A stretch of DNA of 64,000 nt from Pristiophorus japonicus. Taxonomy: Eukaryota. A model generated the notes under the pieces. The model saw only the letters and a program-made list of their open reading frames with translations, did not search any database and was not told where the DNA came from. The stretch covers positions 34,038,001 to 34,102,000 of the forward strand of contig NC_091997.1 of assembly GCF_044704955.1 (NCBI RefSeq). The letters run 5' to 3'. Made by a program: the position numbers and the translations under genes. The stretch's first letter is position 1; every line of letters starts with the position of its first letter. Positions 25,046 to 37,085 of this stretch are shown in pieces.

Positions 25046-25405
25046 AATCACAATATCGTCGTCACGGGGAACATGAGGCAGCTAGCTCCCTAGGCACGCA
25101 GTAAACAAACCTCCTGCATCAGGAGACATTCCTGAACTCGCGGAAAATTCCTTCACCCAACTATCTTCGCTACCCGGTTACCGAGAAACAGCAGTCAACG
25201 TTGATCGATTCAAAGTGGGTTTCACAAGGCGACAGTCCGGTGTTTCGGTGTTGTACAATCCAGGATCACAGCTGCACACGAGCCTGTGTTTGATCCAGTC
25301 AGGATCTAAAGTCATTTGATGATGAAAGAGTGACAGGACATCATTGCATGCTAAGGGCCTGGGAAGCTTCACAATAATGCAGAATATATCGTTCCGACTG
25401 GGTCC

Positions 25406-25496
25406 TTATATTGTGTCTGAGGCGGCTGGCTCTTCCTGCGTTGCGGGGATCTGCGGGATGGTTTCCACGTCGCTCACCAGAATGTGCGGGGGTGAG
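25406..25496 (-). CDS. SNX11: SNX11-like, probable last coding exon: (S)SPPHILVSDVETIPQIPATQEEPAASDTI*
   Basis: Acceptor gctttctgtgtgtccag|C; phase 2 matches the upstream exon (AG+C = Ser); TAA at 25406-25408; unique sequence. Confidence 0.6.
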
Positions 25497-25760
25497 CTGG
25501 ACACACAGAAAGCACACGAGTCAGTTCCTGAGGCTTCTAATAGCTTGGAATAGCAGTCCAGCAGCACGTGGTACCATCCCAGCAGGACTTGCCCAGAGAT
25601 GATCAGTACTCACTGGTCTGCATGGCGAAGGACTGTCAATCAGTGCTGCAACCGCCCCTACCCAGAGAGGTCCCGATCCCCCACCCCATCCCAAACGAGA
25701 CAGGTGCTTTCCTCAGGTAGAGAGGAATTTTCAGCTGCTCACCTGTGCCGACCTGTGACT

Positions 25761-26425
25761 ACATAAGAAAATAAGAAATAGGAACAGGAGGCGGCCATTT
25801 GGCCCTTTAAGCCTGCTCTGCCATTCAATAATCTTATATTCAATAATTAAATGATCTTGGCCTCAACTTCACTTTCCCTGCCCGCTCCCCATAACCCTTG
25901 ACTCCCTTATTGCTTAAAAGTCTGTCTATCTCCACCTTAAATATATTCAATGACCCAGCCTCCACAGCTCTCTGGGGCCGAGAATTCCACAGATTCACGG
26001 CCCTCAGAAGAAATTCCTCCTCATCTCCATTTTAAATGGGTGTCCCCTTATTCTGAAACTATGCCCCCTAGTTCTAGATTCCCCCACGAGGGGAAACATC
26101 CTCTCTGCATCTACCCTGTCGAGCCCCCTCAGAATGTTGTACATTTCAATAAGATCACCTCTCATTCTTCTAAACTTCAATGAGTATAGGCCCAACCTGC
26201 TCAACCTTTTTCTTCATAAGACAACCCCCTCATCTCAGGAATCAACCTCGTGAACTTTCTCTGAACAGCCTCCAATGCAAGTATATCCCTCCTTAAATAG
26301 GGAGACCAAAACTGTACGCAGTACTCCAGGTGTGGCCTCACCAATGCCCTGTACAGTTGCAGCAAAACTTCCTCACTCTTATACTCTACCTTCCCTTGCA
26401 ATAAAGGCCAACATTACTTGCTGTA
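25761..26425 (-). mobile_element. CR1 3' fragment inside the SNX11 intron
   Basis: ORFs 26004..26204 and 26201..26401 (LYRALVRPHLEYCVQFWSP). Confidence 0.9.
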
Positions 26426-26544
26426 CCCACGTGCTGCAGCCCCCTACCCAGAGAGTTCCTGATCCCCCCCCCCCCCCATCTCAAAGGAGACAGGTGGAGA
26501 GGGAATTCTTACCTGTGCCGACCTGCGACTGATGTAGTTAGGGT

Positions 26545-26735
26545 GGGGAGCGCTGCACTGTCGGAGGGGCAGTACTGAGGGAGTGCCGCACTGTCGGAGG
26601 GGCAGTACTGAGGGAGCGCTGCACTGTCGGAGGGGCAGTAGTGAGGGAGTGCCGCACTGTCAGAGGGGCAGTACTGAGGGAGTGCCGCACTGTCGGAGGG
26701 GTAGTACTGAGGGAGCGCCGCACTGTCCGAGGGGC
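26545..26735 (+). repeat. Isolated array of the SINE-derived 33-bp unit (about 6 copies)
   Basis: cagtactgagggagtgccgcactgtcggagggg repeats with no SINE head or tail. Confidence 0.88.
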
Positions 26736-26836
26736 AATAGGTCTGCGCAGGCGGTGTAAGGTTAATGTGCGGCGCTGCATGTGCGATTGCCTCCCGCCTT
26801 CCCCATCTCCGAACCCGCTCCCAAGATGCGGATTAC

Positions 26837-27037
26837 CTTTCGCCCTCGTAGCCGACAGCCTCGGCACCCTCGCAGGGCAGAGCGCTCTTCCTGCACGTGG
26901 CGTTATCCAGGATGGCCTCGTTGACTGAGAAGGGAGTGCGACCCTGGACGCAGGACTCCATCTGCGCCGGGGGAAGCTGTGTCTGCAGGAAGAGGTGCAG
27001 CTGACTGTCGGACAGGAAGATCGTCGTGTGGAGAACC
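26837..27037 (-). CDS. SNX11: Sorting nexin SNX10/11 family internal exon (end of the PX domain and PXe extension), most like SNX11
   Basis: tttgtttctctcag|G..AAAG|gtaatc, 201 nt, phase 2-2; translates VLHTTIFLSDSQLHLFLQTQLPPAQMESCVQGRTPFSVNEAILDNATCRKSALPCEGAEAVGYEGE; LSDSQLHLFLQ..CVQG..V..AIL matches SNX11 as I recall it (SNX10 has SDSSLHLFLQ). Confidence 0.88.
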
Positions 27038-27075
27038 CTGAGAGAAACAAAAAAAGACTTGCATTTATAAAGCGC

Positions 27076-27717
27076 CTACAAGGCAGTAGTGATACCCGCC
27101 CTCCTATATGGCTCAGAGACGTGGACCATAGACATTGGACACCTCAAAGCACTGGAGAAATACCACCAGCGCTGCCTCTGCAAGATCCTACATATCCACT
27201 GGGAAGATAGATGCATCAAAGTCAGTGTTCTCGCTCAGACTAACATCCCCAGCATCAAACCATTGACCATGCTCGACGGGGCCACATCGTTCACATGCCT
27301 GACACGAGACTCGCTAAGCAAGCACTCTACTCGGAACTCCGACACGGCAAGTGATCCCCAGGTGGGCAGAGGAAACGTTTCAAGGACAGCCTCAAAGCCT
27401 CCCTGACAAAGTGCAACATCCCCACCGACACCTGGGAGGTCCCTGGCCAAAGACCGCCCAAAATGGAGGAAGTGCATCCGGGAGGGTGCTGAGTACCTCG
27501 AGTCTCGTTGCCGAGAGCATGCAGAAACCAAGCGCAGGCAGCGGAAGGAGCGTGCAGCAAACCAGACTCCCCACCCACCCTTTCCTTCAACCACTGTCTG
27601 TCCCACCTGTGACAGAGACTGTAATTCCCATATTGGACTGTTCAGTCACCTGAGAACTCACTTTTAGAGTGGAAGCAAGTCTTCCTCGATTCCGAGGGAC
27701 TGCCTATGATAATGATA
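27076..27717 (+). mobile_element. RTE LINE 3' fragment
   Basis: IPALLYGSETW..LEKYHQRCL.KIL.I.W; (GAT)n-like tail. Confidence 0.9.
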
Positions 27718-27984
27718 ACGCAGCGAGTTGTTGTGATCAGGAACGCGCTGCCTGAAAGGGCGGTGGGAGCAGATTCAATAGTAACTTTCAAAAGGGAATT
27801 GGCTAAATAGCTGAAAATGAGACATTTTGCAGAGTTATTGGGAAAGAGCAGGGGAGTGGGACTAATTTAATCGCTCTTTCAAAGAGGAGTGTGCGCCGAA
27901 TGGCTGTATCATTCTATGTCTGTTGAGACTGTGAATATAGACAGGACATTTAACCATGGGGCTTATGCCCTCTTTAGCAACCCT

Positions 27985-28250
27985 GATTATAATCACTCAA
28001 CCACTGGCAGCCATGCCTCCAGCTGCCTGGGCCCCAAGCTCTGAAACTCCCTTCCTAAACCTCTCCGCCTCTCTCTCCTCCTTCAACACGCTCCTTAAAA
28101 CCTGCCTCACTGACCGAGTTTCTGGTCATCTGCCATAATTTCTTCTTATGTGGCTCGGTGTCAAATTTATTGTTTGGCTTATAAAATCCTGTGAAACGCC
28201 TTGGGAGGTTTTATTACGTTAAATACTATATAAATGCAAATCGTTGTTGT
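27985..28250 (+). mobile_element. L2 3' end
   Basis: Same tail as the other L2 copies. Confidence 0.75.
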
Positions 28251-28431
28251 CGTACAGCATTACAATTAAGTTCAATTCTGTTCATACTCATTATCCACCT
28301 ACACACCAAACACCATGCTTTTATACATACACACACTCACACACAGAGCAGCAGGGGTCACGGGGCAGTGATCAGGAGTGGAGAATTTGGCTGAATTAAC
28401 TGATCACAGCTGGCGCACGGTAATTGTGCTC

Positions 28432-28721
28432 AGCGTCGCTGGGGTAGGGAGGCAGCATCGACCAGGGCTCCTGCTCCCGATCACTATCCAGCATCGCTGG
28501 GGTAGGGAGGCAGCATTGACCAGGGCTCCTGCTCCCGATCACTATCCAGCATCGCTGGGGTAGGGAGGCAGCATTGACCAGGGCTCCTGCTCCCGATCAC
28601 TATCCAGCATCGCTGGGGTAGGGAGGCAGCATCGACCAGGGCTCCTGCTCCCGATCACTATCCAGCATCGCTGGGGTAGGGAGGCAGCATTGACCAGGGC
28701 TCCTGCTCCCGATCACTATCC
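28432..28721. repeat. 58-bp x 5 near-perfect tandem repeat
   Basis: Unit agcatcgctggggtagggaggcagcattgaccagggctcctgctcccgatcactatcc. Confidence 0.95.
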
Positions 28722-29295
28722 AGCGGCTCCTGCTGGATGGCGGCTATGTGTAGACATCGAGTGAGAACGAGATTGGGATCTGCCGTGATGACCCCACACA
28801 GGTTGAAAGTCCTGCTGGATCCACCGGTACGCTTGTGGCCTTCCGCGAGAGGTGGGCATGGGAGGGACTGGAGTGCATCATCATACCCAGCAACCAAATT
28901 TTAATTTGACCATTTATTGTTTAAAAAGTTTTATTGGTTAATTTGTCGGTTTTAATACCTCTTTAATAAGGGGGTACTTAATTATTGTTTCACCAAAATA
29001 GTTGTAGAGCTGGAATGCATCATCACCTCCGGGAAGAGAATTTTAATTTGATTGGCAAAGTTCCCAGTTAATTTCTAAATTTATGGGTTCTAGTGCCCTT
29101 GCCAAAAGGGGGCACGATTTAAAGTTTAGTTTAAAATAGTTGAAAGTCCTGCTAAACTCACCGGCAGAGCCCCACAGATAAAGAATGGTCGGTTGGGGTG
29201 AAAGGGTCCCGGCAGACCGAGTCAGCAGAGAAACGGAAAGCACTGAGAAATTGCCTCCGGACATTCAAGCTTTTTGATTTTATTCGGGCTGTTAC

Positions 29296-29407
29296 CAATG
29301 TTCCCTTTAAGGGCTGCACAGCCCATTTAAATACACGTTTTTTCCTATTTGGAAGCCGGTGAGCAGTCTGCGTGGGAGTTGCAGAGCGCAGCTTAAAAGG
29401 AACATTG
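29296..29407. mobile_element. hAT-type MITE (112 bp)
   Basis: TIRs caatgttccctttaag / cttaaaaggaacattg; 8-bp TSD gctgttac / gctgtgac. Confidence 0.85.
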
Positions 29408-29534
29408 GCTGTGACATATCAAAGTGATGGGACGGGCAGGTAAAGACCAGCTGGTCACAACCCGATCTACCCGAGAAAAACAGAAACTACTGGAAATACT
29501 CAGCACTGACGAAAGGTCATTGAGCTGAAAAGAT

Positions 29535-30428
29535 CTGCATTTATATAGCGCCTTTCACAGCCACCAGACATCCCAAAGCGCTTTACAGCTAATTAAGTAC
29601 TTTTGAATGGTAGTCACTGTTGTAATGTGGGAAACGCAGCAGCCAATTTGCGCACAGCAAGCTCCCACAAACAGCAATGTGACAATGACCAGATAATCTG
29701 TTTTGTTATATTGATTGAGGGATAAATATTGGCCCCAGGACACCAGGGGATAACTCTCCTGCTCTTCTTCGATATAGTGCCGTGGATCTTTTACGTCCAC
29801 CTGAGAGGGCAGACGGGGCCTCGGTTTAACGTCTCATCTGAAAGACGGCACCTACCGACAGTGCAGCACTCCTTCAGTACTGTCCCCTCCTACAGTTCGG
29901 CGCTCCCTCGGTATTGCCTCCCCAGTGCGGCGCTCCTTCAGTACTGCCTCTCCGACAGTGCGACGCTCCCTCAGTACTGCCTCTCCGACAGTGCGACGCT
30001 CCCTCAGTACTGCCCCTCTGACAGTGCCGCACTTCCTCAGCACTGCCCCTCCAACAGTGCAGCGCTCCCTCAGCACTGCCCCTCCAACAGTGCGGCACTC
30101 CCTCAGTACTGCTCCTCCAGTGCGGCGCTCCCTCAGTACTGCCTCTCCGACAGTGCGACGCTCCCTCAGTACTGCTCCTCCAGTGCGGCGCTCCCTCAGT
30201 ACTGCCTCTCCGACAGTGCGACGCTCCCTCAGTACTGCGCTCCCTCAGCACTGCCCCTCTGACAGTGCAGCGCTCCCTCAGCACTGCCCCTCTGACAGTG
30301 CGGCACTCCCTCAGCACTGCACTGGGAGTGTCAGCCTAGATTTTTGTGCTCAAGTCCCTGGGGTGAGGCTTGAACCCACGACCTTCTGACTCAGAGGCGA
30401 GAGTGCTACCCACTGAGCCACGGCTGAA
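29535..30428 (-). mobile_element. SacSINE1-like SINE with about 14 x 33-bp units (some shortened)
   Basis: Head, core and tail present; array at about 29855-30320. Confidence 0.88.
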
Positions 30429-30982
30429 GCATTAACCCTGTTTCTCTCTCCACAGATGCTGCCTGACCTGCCTTTTCTGTTTTTATTCCTGATTTCCAGC
30501 ATCCGCAGTATTGAGCTTCTGATGTACGACAGTATGTATGTATTCTTTGTGTCTGATTGTTTTTTTGTTGCATATGTGATCACAAACTGAATGTAAACAG
30601 TTTGCTCCTCTGGGAGAGCTGAAGGATGGTCTGGAGAGAGCTGATTGAAATCGCACTCACCGAACACCAGAGTCGGTTGATTTCCCCGTGTGAGTTTTGC
30701 TGTGACATTCATTTCACATTCAGACTGTCTGCGAGCGCTTTCTTTATTTAGTATACCAGACAGACCCTGATAAGATCATTTCCCATTGGTTCAAATGAAC
30801 AACACTCTGCGCTTAGCAACACGGGGCCTCATCCGGGGAGGGGGTTTCTGATTACAGATTTATCTCATTGATACGCTAGCTCGCACAGTCAGCTCCGCAA
30901 ACCAAAATTAAAGGATTCCACTTGTACCGTCAAGAGAATGGCACGAGAAGGTTTTGCAAAGATCTGCAAAACTGAGTCAGTA

Positions 30983-31458
30983 CATCATCATCATCATAGG
31001 CAGTCCCTCGGAATCGAGGAAGACTTGCTTCCACTCCTGAAGTGAGTTCTTTGGTGGCTGAACAGTCCAATACGAGAGCCACAGACTCTGTCACAGGTGT
31101 CGTTGAGGGAAGGTGTGAGTGGGATTGGTTTGCCGCACGCTCTTTCCGTTGTCTGCGCTTGATTTCTGCATGTTCTCGGCGTTGAGGCTCGAGGTGCTCC
31201 ACACCCTCCTGGATGCACTTCCTCCACTTAGGGCGGTCTTGGGTAAGGGGCTCCCAGATATCAGTGAGGATGTTGCACTTTAGCAGGGAGGCTTTGAGGG
31301 TGTCCTTGTAGCATTTCCGCTGCCCATCTTTGGCTCGTTTGCCATGAAGGAGCTCAGAGTAGAGCACTTGCTTTGGGAGTCTCAATGCTGGGGATGTTAG
31401 CCTGAGTGAGGACGCTGATTTTGGTGCACCTGTCCTCCCAGAGGATTTGTAGGATTTG
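30983..31458 (-). mobile_element. RTE LINE 3' fragment with internal deletions
   Basis: RLPKQVLYSELLHGKR..; (GAT)n tail. Confidence 0.88.
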
Positions 31459-32368
31459 GGGAGCGGGCGGGGGAGTGGAGCTGAGCCCATGATCAGATCA
31501 GCCATGATCTTATTGAATGGCGGAGCAGGCTCGAGGGGCCAAATGGCCAACTCCTGCTCCTATTTCTAAAGTAAAACGCTCTCCACAGAATTTTGCTTCC
31601 GCGAACAGTCTAGTTTTTGGGGCCTGGCCAAAGTGTGTTTTGGCGTGGCTGAATCTGTTTCAGGTGAGTGAAGCTGTAACCAGGGGCTGCTCTCCTCGTT
31701 TACATTTCCACCCTCTGCCCTTCTCCGTTGCATCGGCAGCCAAAAGCAGAGCATGCAATTTCAGTTCCTTGGCACCAACATCCGGATAGATCTCAGAACA
31801 AGGGTATGGAAAAGAGTTTGTTTTATTTCAAAAGAATTCCTCAGAAAAAACGCAGATAATTGACCCAATTTTTTATTTATTGATGCAGATCTCTTTCAAT
31901 TGCTTTAGGACTGGTGCTAAACTCACCAGCTGCTTAAAGTGCTGATACAAAATCACTACACAGAAAATGCTGGAAACACTCAGCAGTTCAGGCAGCATCT
32001 GGGGAGAAAAACAGAGTTAACATTGAAGGTCGCTGCTCCTATTTCTTATGTTCTTATAGTACACTGCAAGAATCAGCACCTTCAGGAGTGGAGGCGAAAA
32101 CACTGGAAAATTAAACTAAATGGCACAACCGAGTGGTTAGGATCTGGAATGCGCTGCCTGAGAGGGTGATGGAGGCAGACTCAATCGTGGCTTTCAAAAG
32201 GGAGTTGGATAAGTATCTGAAGGAAAACAATTTGCCGGGCTACGGGGAAAGGGCGGGGGAGTGGGACTGGCTGAGGTGCTCTTGCAGAGAGCCAGCATGG
32301 GCTCAATGGCCTCCTTTTGTGCTGTAACCATTTTATGAATTCTTGCACTTTATGAGGGCTGGGCAGAG

Positions 32369-33112
32369 GACACCGCCTCCAGTGCGCCAGTGCAGTCTTC
32401 GGTCGCCTGAGGAAAAGAATGTTTGAAGACCAGGCCCTCCAAACTGCCACCAAGCTCATGGTCCACAGGGCTGTAGTGATACCCGTCCTCCTGTATGGCT
32501 GAGAGACATGGACCATATCCAGTAGACACCTCAAGTCGCTGGAGAAATACCATCAACGATGTCTCCGCAAGATCCTACAAATCCCCTGGGAGGACAGACG
32601 CACCAACATTCGCGTCCTCGACCATGTTAACATCCCCAGCATTGAAGAACTGACCACACTCGATCAGCTCCGCTGGGCAGGCCACATAGTGCGCATGCCA
32701 GACACGAGACTCCCAAAACAAGCGCTCTACTCGGAGCTCCTTCACGGCAAACGAGCCAAAGGTGGGCAGCGGAAACGTTACAAGGACACCCTCAAAGCCT
32801 CCCTGCTAAAGTGCAACATCCCCACTGACACCTGGGAGTCTCTGGCCAAAGACCGCCCTAAGTGGAGGAAGTGCATCCGGGAGGGTGCTGAGCACCTCGA
32901 GTCTCATTGCCGAGAGCATGCAGAAATCAAGCGTAGGCAGTGGAAAGAGCGTGCAGCAAACCTGTCCCACCCTCCCCTTCCCTCAACGACTATCTGTCCC
33001 ACCTGTGACAGAGACTGTGGTTCTCGTATTGGACTGTTCAGCCACCTAAGAACTCATTTTAAGAGTGGAAGCAAGTTTTCCTCGATTCCGAGGGACTGCC
33101 TATGATGATGAT
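32369..33112 (+). mobile_element. RTE LINE 3' fragment
   Basis: ORF 32689..33105 including the C-terminal C..C..H....H zinc finger. Confidence 0.9.
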
Positions 33113-33920
33113 ATAGTATGTGTGTATATACTGTGTGTGCAGTGTGTGTGTATATAGTGTATAGTGCGTGTGAGTGTGTGTGTATATAGTGTGTGAGTGT
33201 ATATAATGTGTGTGCATATAGTGTATATAGTGTGTGTGTGAATGAGTGTCTATAGTGTGTATATCGTGTTTGTGTGTGTGTGTGAGGGACAGCCTATGAT
33301 AATGATATAGTATGTGTGTACATAGTGTGTGTGTATATAGTGTGTTTGTGTAGTGTGTGTGTATATAGTGTATGTAGTGTGTGTGCATATAGTGTATATA
33401 ATGTGTGTGCATATAGTGTATATAATGTGTGTGCGAGTGTATATAGTGTGTGTGTATATAATGTATAGTGTGTGTGTGTATATAGTGTATATAGTGTGTG
33501 AGTGAGTGTATATAATGTGTGTGCATATAGTATATAGTGTGTGTGTGAATGAGTGTATATAGTGTGTGTGTGTGAGAGAGTGTGTGTGTATAGTGTGTGT
33601 GAGGGACAGCCGATGATGATGATGTAGCACGTGTATATATAGTGTGTGGGGCGTGGGGTGAGTGTATATAGTGTGTGGGGCATGGGGTGAGTGTATATAG
33701 TGCGTGTGTAGTGTGAGTGTATATAGTGCGTGTGCAGTGTGTGTGTATATATAGTGTGTGGGGCGTGGGGTGAGTGTATATAGTGTGTGGGGCGTGGGGT
33801 GAGTGTATATAGTGTGTGTATGTGTGTGAGTGTATTTAGTGCGTGTGCGTATGTGTGTGTGTATATAGTGCGTGTGCAGTGTGTGTATATAATGTGTGGG
33901 GCGTGGGGTGAGTGTATATC

Positions 33921-33951
<31 letters not shown>

Positions 33952-34690
33952 AGAGTGTATATAGTGCGAATGCAGTGTGTGTATATAGTGTGAGTATATA
34001 TAGTGTGTGGGGCATGGGGTGAGTGTATATAATGTGTGTGTGTGCATGTCTGTGAGTGTATATAGTGCGAGTGCAGTGTGTGTCTATAGTGTGAGTATAT
34101 ATAGTGAGTGGGGCATGGGGTGAGTGTATATAGTGCGTGTGCAGTGTGTGTCTATAGTCTGAGTATATATAGTGTGTTTGTCTGTGAGTGTATATAGTGC
34201 GTGTGCAGTATGTGTCTATAGTCTGAGTATATACAATGTGTGGGGCGTGGGGTGAGTGTATATAGTGCGTGGGGCGTGGGGTGAGTGTATATAGTGTGTG
34301 TGCAGTATATGTATATAGTGTGAGTATATATTGTGCGTGGGGTGAGTGTATATAGTGTGTGGGTCGTGGGGTGAGTGTATATAGTGCGTGTGCAGTGTGT
34401 GTATATAGTGTGAGTATATATTGTGCGTGGGGCGAGTATATATTGTGTGTGGGGCGTGGGGTGAGTGTATATTGTGTGTGGGGCGTGGGGTGAGTGTATA
34501 TTGTGTGTGGGGCGTGGGGTGAGTGTATATAGTGCGTGTGTAGTGTGTGTATATAGTGTGAGTGTATATTGTGTGTGGGGCGTGGGGTGAGTGTATATAG
34601 TGCGTGGGGTGAGTGTGTATATAGTGTGAGTGTATATTGTGTGTGGGGCGTGGGGTGAGTGTATATTGTGTGTGGGGCGGGGCGTGGGTA
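33113..34690. repeat. Complex (TG)/(TA) satellite with ggggcgtggggtgagtgtatata units
   Basis: Directly visible; source of the His/Thr/Tyr-rich ORFs. Confidence 0.95.
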
Positions 34691-35354
34691 AGTTCAGCAT
34701 CAGCAGCAAACACAACTGACAAATCCTGCTGATAATTTCTACCAAGCAGTTTGTCAGTAGGTGGAGCACATCCATCTCAAACCTGCTTTTGCAGTGCAGC
34801 ATAGATCAAATGATAAAAATGAATTAGTGTCAGGAAGCAGGCATGGGAGGTGTGTCCTGGGTATTAGACACAAGTTATTTTGGAGCCTCGAGGTAATTGT
34901 ATTAAGTATATAGTTTCACAGTCCGTGCACATAATGCACATTTGAGCAAAATATTTAATGTCCCCTTCAGTCTCAAATTTTCTAAATATTAATCTGCTGA
35001 TGGGTAACTAACTACTTAGAAAACCAACTCTCGCATGAGCCCAGATAGTCAGCGCTCTCCGGTATGGGATCATTAAGCTAGAAATCCCGTCCCCTTCCCC
35101 CCGACTCAGCAAATATTTCCCCCTCTCTCTCCCTGCCTCTCCCAGAGGCACCGACTCTCGCTGGGGAACAGCTCCACAGGCTCTGGTAACCTTCTTGTTC
35201 CTTCTCTGAGTGGCCGTTCTTGGCGTGCGAGACCAGACAGGAATGTCAATAGGCTATTTGGCCGTGAGAGCCACACATGGGCACACCAGGCAGAGGTTAC
35301 TGAATCACAGTTGAAAATGCAAATGCTAGCAGAATTTTCCCCTCTCTAACAACT

Positions 35355-35725
35355 CTAATTCTTACAGGGCTTGACAGTGTAAATGCAGGGAGGATGTTTC
35401 CTCTGGCTGGGGAGTCTAGAACCAGGGGTCACAGTCCCCTTATTCTGACCCCTTATTCTGAGACTGAGATGAGGAGAAGCTTCTTCACTCAGAGGGTGGT
35501 GAATCTTTAGAATTCTCTACGCCAGAGGGCTGTGGAGGCTCAAGTCTTTTGAGTATAGTCAAGGCAGAGATCGATAGATTTTTGGATATTAAAGGAATCA
35601 AGGGATATGGGGATAGTGCAGGGAAGTGGAGTTGAGGTTGAAGATCAGCCATGAACTCACTGAATAGCAGAGCAGGCTCGAGGGGCCGAATGGCCTACTC
35701 CTGCTCCTAATTCTTATGTTCTTAA
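35355..35725 (+). mobile_element. CR1 3' fragment
   Basis: Tail cctactcctgctcctaattcttatgttctt. Confidence 0.85.
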
Positions 35726-36551
35726 CCCAATTGTAGCGGTCCTTTCATGTCTAGCTGAGAGTGAGGTTAATGGTGTGGGGAGTTACCAGTGACAGTCACT
35801 GACTAGGCTCACAGATGAGTGTATATTGCGTGTCGAGCAGGTACCCAGTCACATTGCACGGGACCTCCGCAGGAATCAGAACACCCCCAGGTAACTGGTT
35901 ATGACAGTGAGTCAGATAAGCCACAGAGACCCGCGGTTGTATTGTGGGTCTGTTTGTGAGTTGGCTGTGTTTTTTTGGGTGGCTGTACAGCTGTTAAAGT
36001 TGGCCCGACTGGAAATGAATGAGGGTGAAGGACAGGGGAAAGCAGAGGCGGGTTCGGCTGCCAAAGGACACAGGGGTCAATTTTTACTTCCCCTCGGCTG
36101 TCGTTAACGGGCTGGGGAGGGGGGAAGGGGGGGGGAACGGTCTCAGAATGGGGGGGGTCCAGACCCTTCCCGCCCAGTTACCGCCGACGAGGCCAGCTCC
36201 TATTTGACGGGGTCCCATCGCCGGGTGTTCCAGGCGATGGGGGCCCTTTAATATGCAAATCGGGGGTCCGACCACACAAACAGGACCCGCGATGGCGATT
36301 ATAGGTCGGAACTGGTCGGAGTCGGGTCCATGCTCACTCACACCAGCTCCACGGGTGATGGAAGGCCAGAGGCCCAGCCACGGAAAGAGCTGCATTATTT
36401 TTGTGGGTACCTCACCATAGAAATAATATGGAGTGCTGCTGCCCCCAGGACCCTCACCCTCCGCCAACAAGACACCCCGCTCCCCACATCTTGAGGCCTC
36501 AATCCACCGGCTAGGCTCCCCGCAGCTCGCCTGCCAAATATAAATGACATT

Positions 36552-37085
36552 GTGTCAGCCATGGCTCAGTGGGCAGCACCCTCGCCTCTGAGTCAGAAGG
36601 TTCTGGGTTCAAGTCCCACTCCAGAGACTTGAGCACAAAAATCCAGGCTGACACTCCCAGTGCAGTGCTGCGGGAGTGCTGGACTGTCGGAGGGACAGTA
36701 CTGAGGGAGCGCTGCATTGTTGGTGGGGCAGTACTGAGGGAGCACCGCACTGTCAGAGGTGCCGTCTTTCGGATGAGACGTTAAACCGTCTGCTCTCTCA
36801 GCTGGATGTAAAAGATCCCATGGCCCTATTTAGAAGAAGAGCAGGGGAGTTCTCCCCGATGTACTGGGGCCAATATTTATCCCTCATCAACATAACAAAA
36901 TAACCGAATTATCTGGGTCATTATTACATTGCTGTTTGTGGGAGCTTGCTGTGCGCAAATTGGCTGCCGCGTTTCCCACATTACAACAGTGACTACACTT
37001 CAAAAGTACTTAATTGGCTGTAAAGCACTTTGAGATGTCTGGTGGCCGTGAAAGGCGCAAGAGAAATGCAAGTCAGTCTTTCTTT
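36552..37085 (+). mobile_element. SacSINE1-like SINE, 3 x 33-bp units
   Basis: Full head, core and tail. Confidence 0.88.

Noticed and set aside
26538-27050. 170-aa ORF overlapping the SNX11 exon
   Set aside because: Wrong frame; the conserved SNX sequence is in another frame bounded by splice sites, and the remainder is SINE repeat
33059-34802. His/Thr/Tyr-rich ORFs up to 265 aa
   Set aside because: Translations of (CA)/(TA) satellite
36072-36530. GC-rich stretch resembling a shark non-autonomous DNA transposon (also 28900-29260)
   Set aside because: Could not pair TIRs or find a TSD, so it is not listed as a feature
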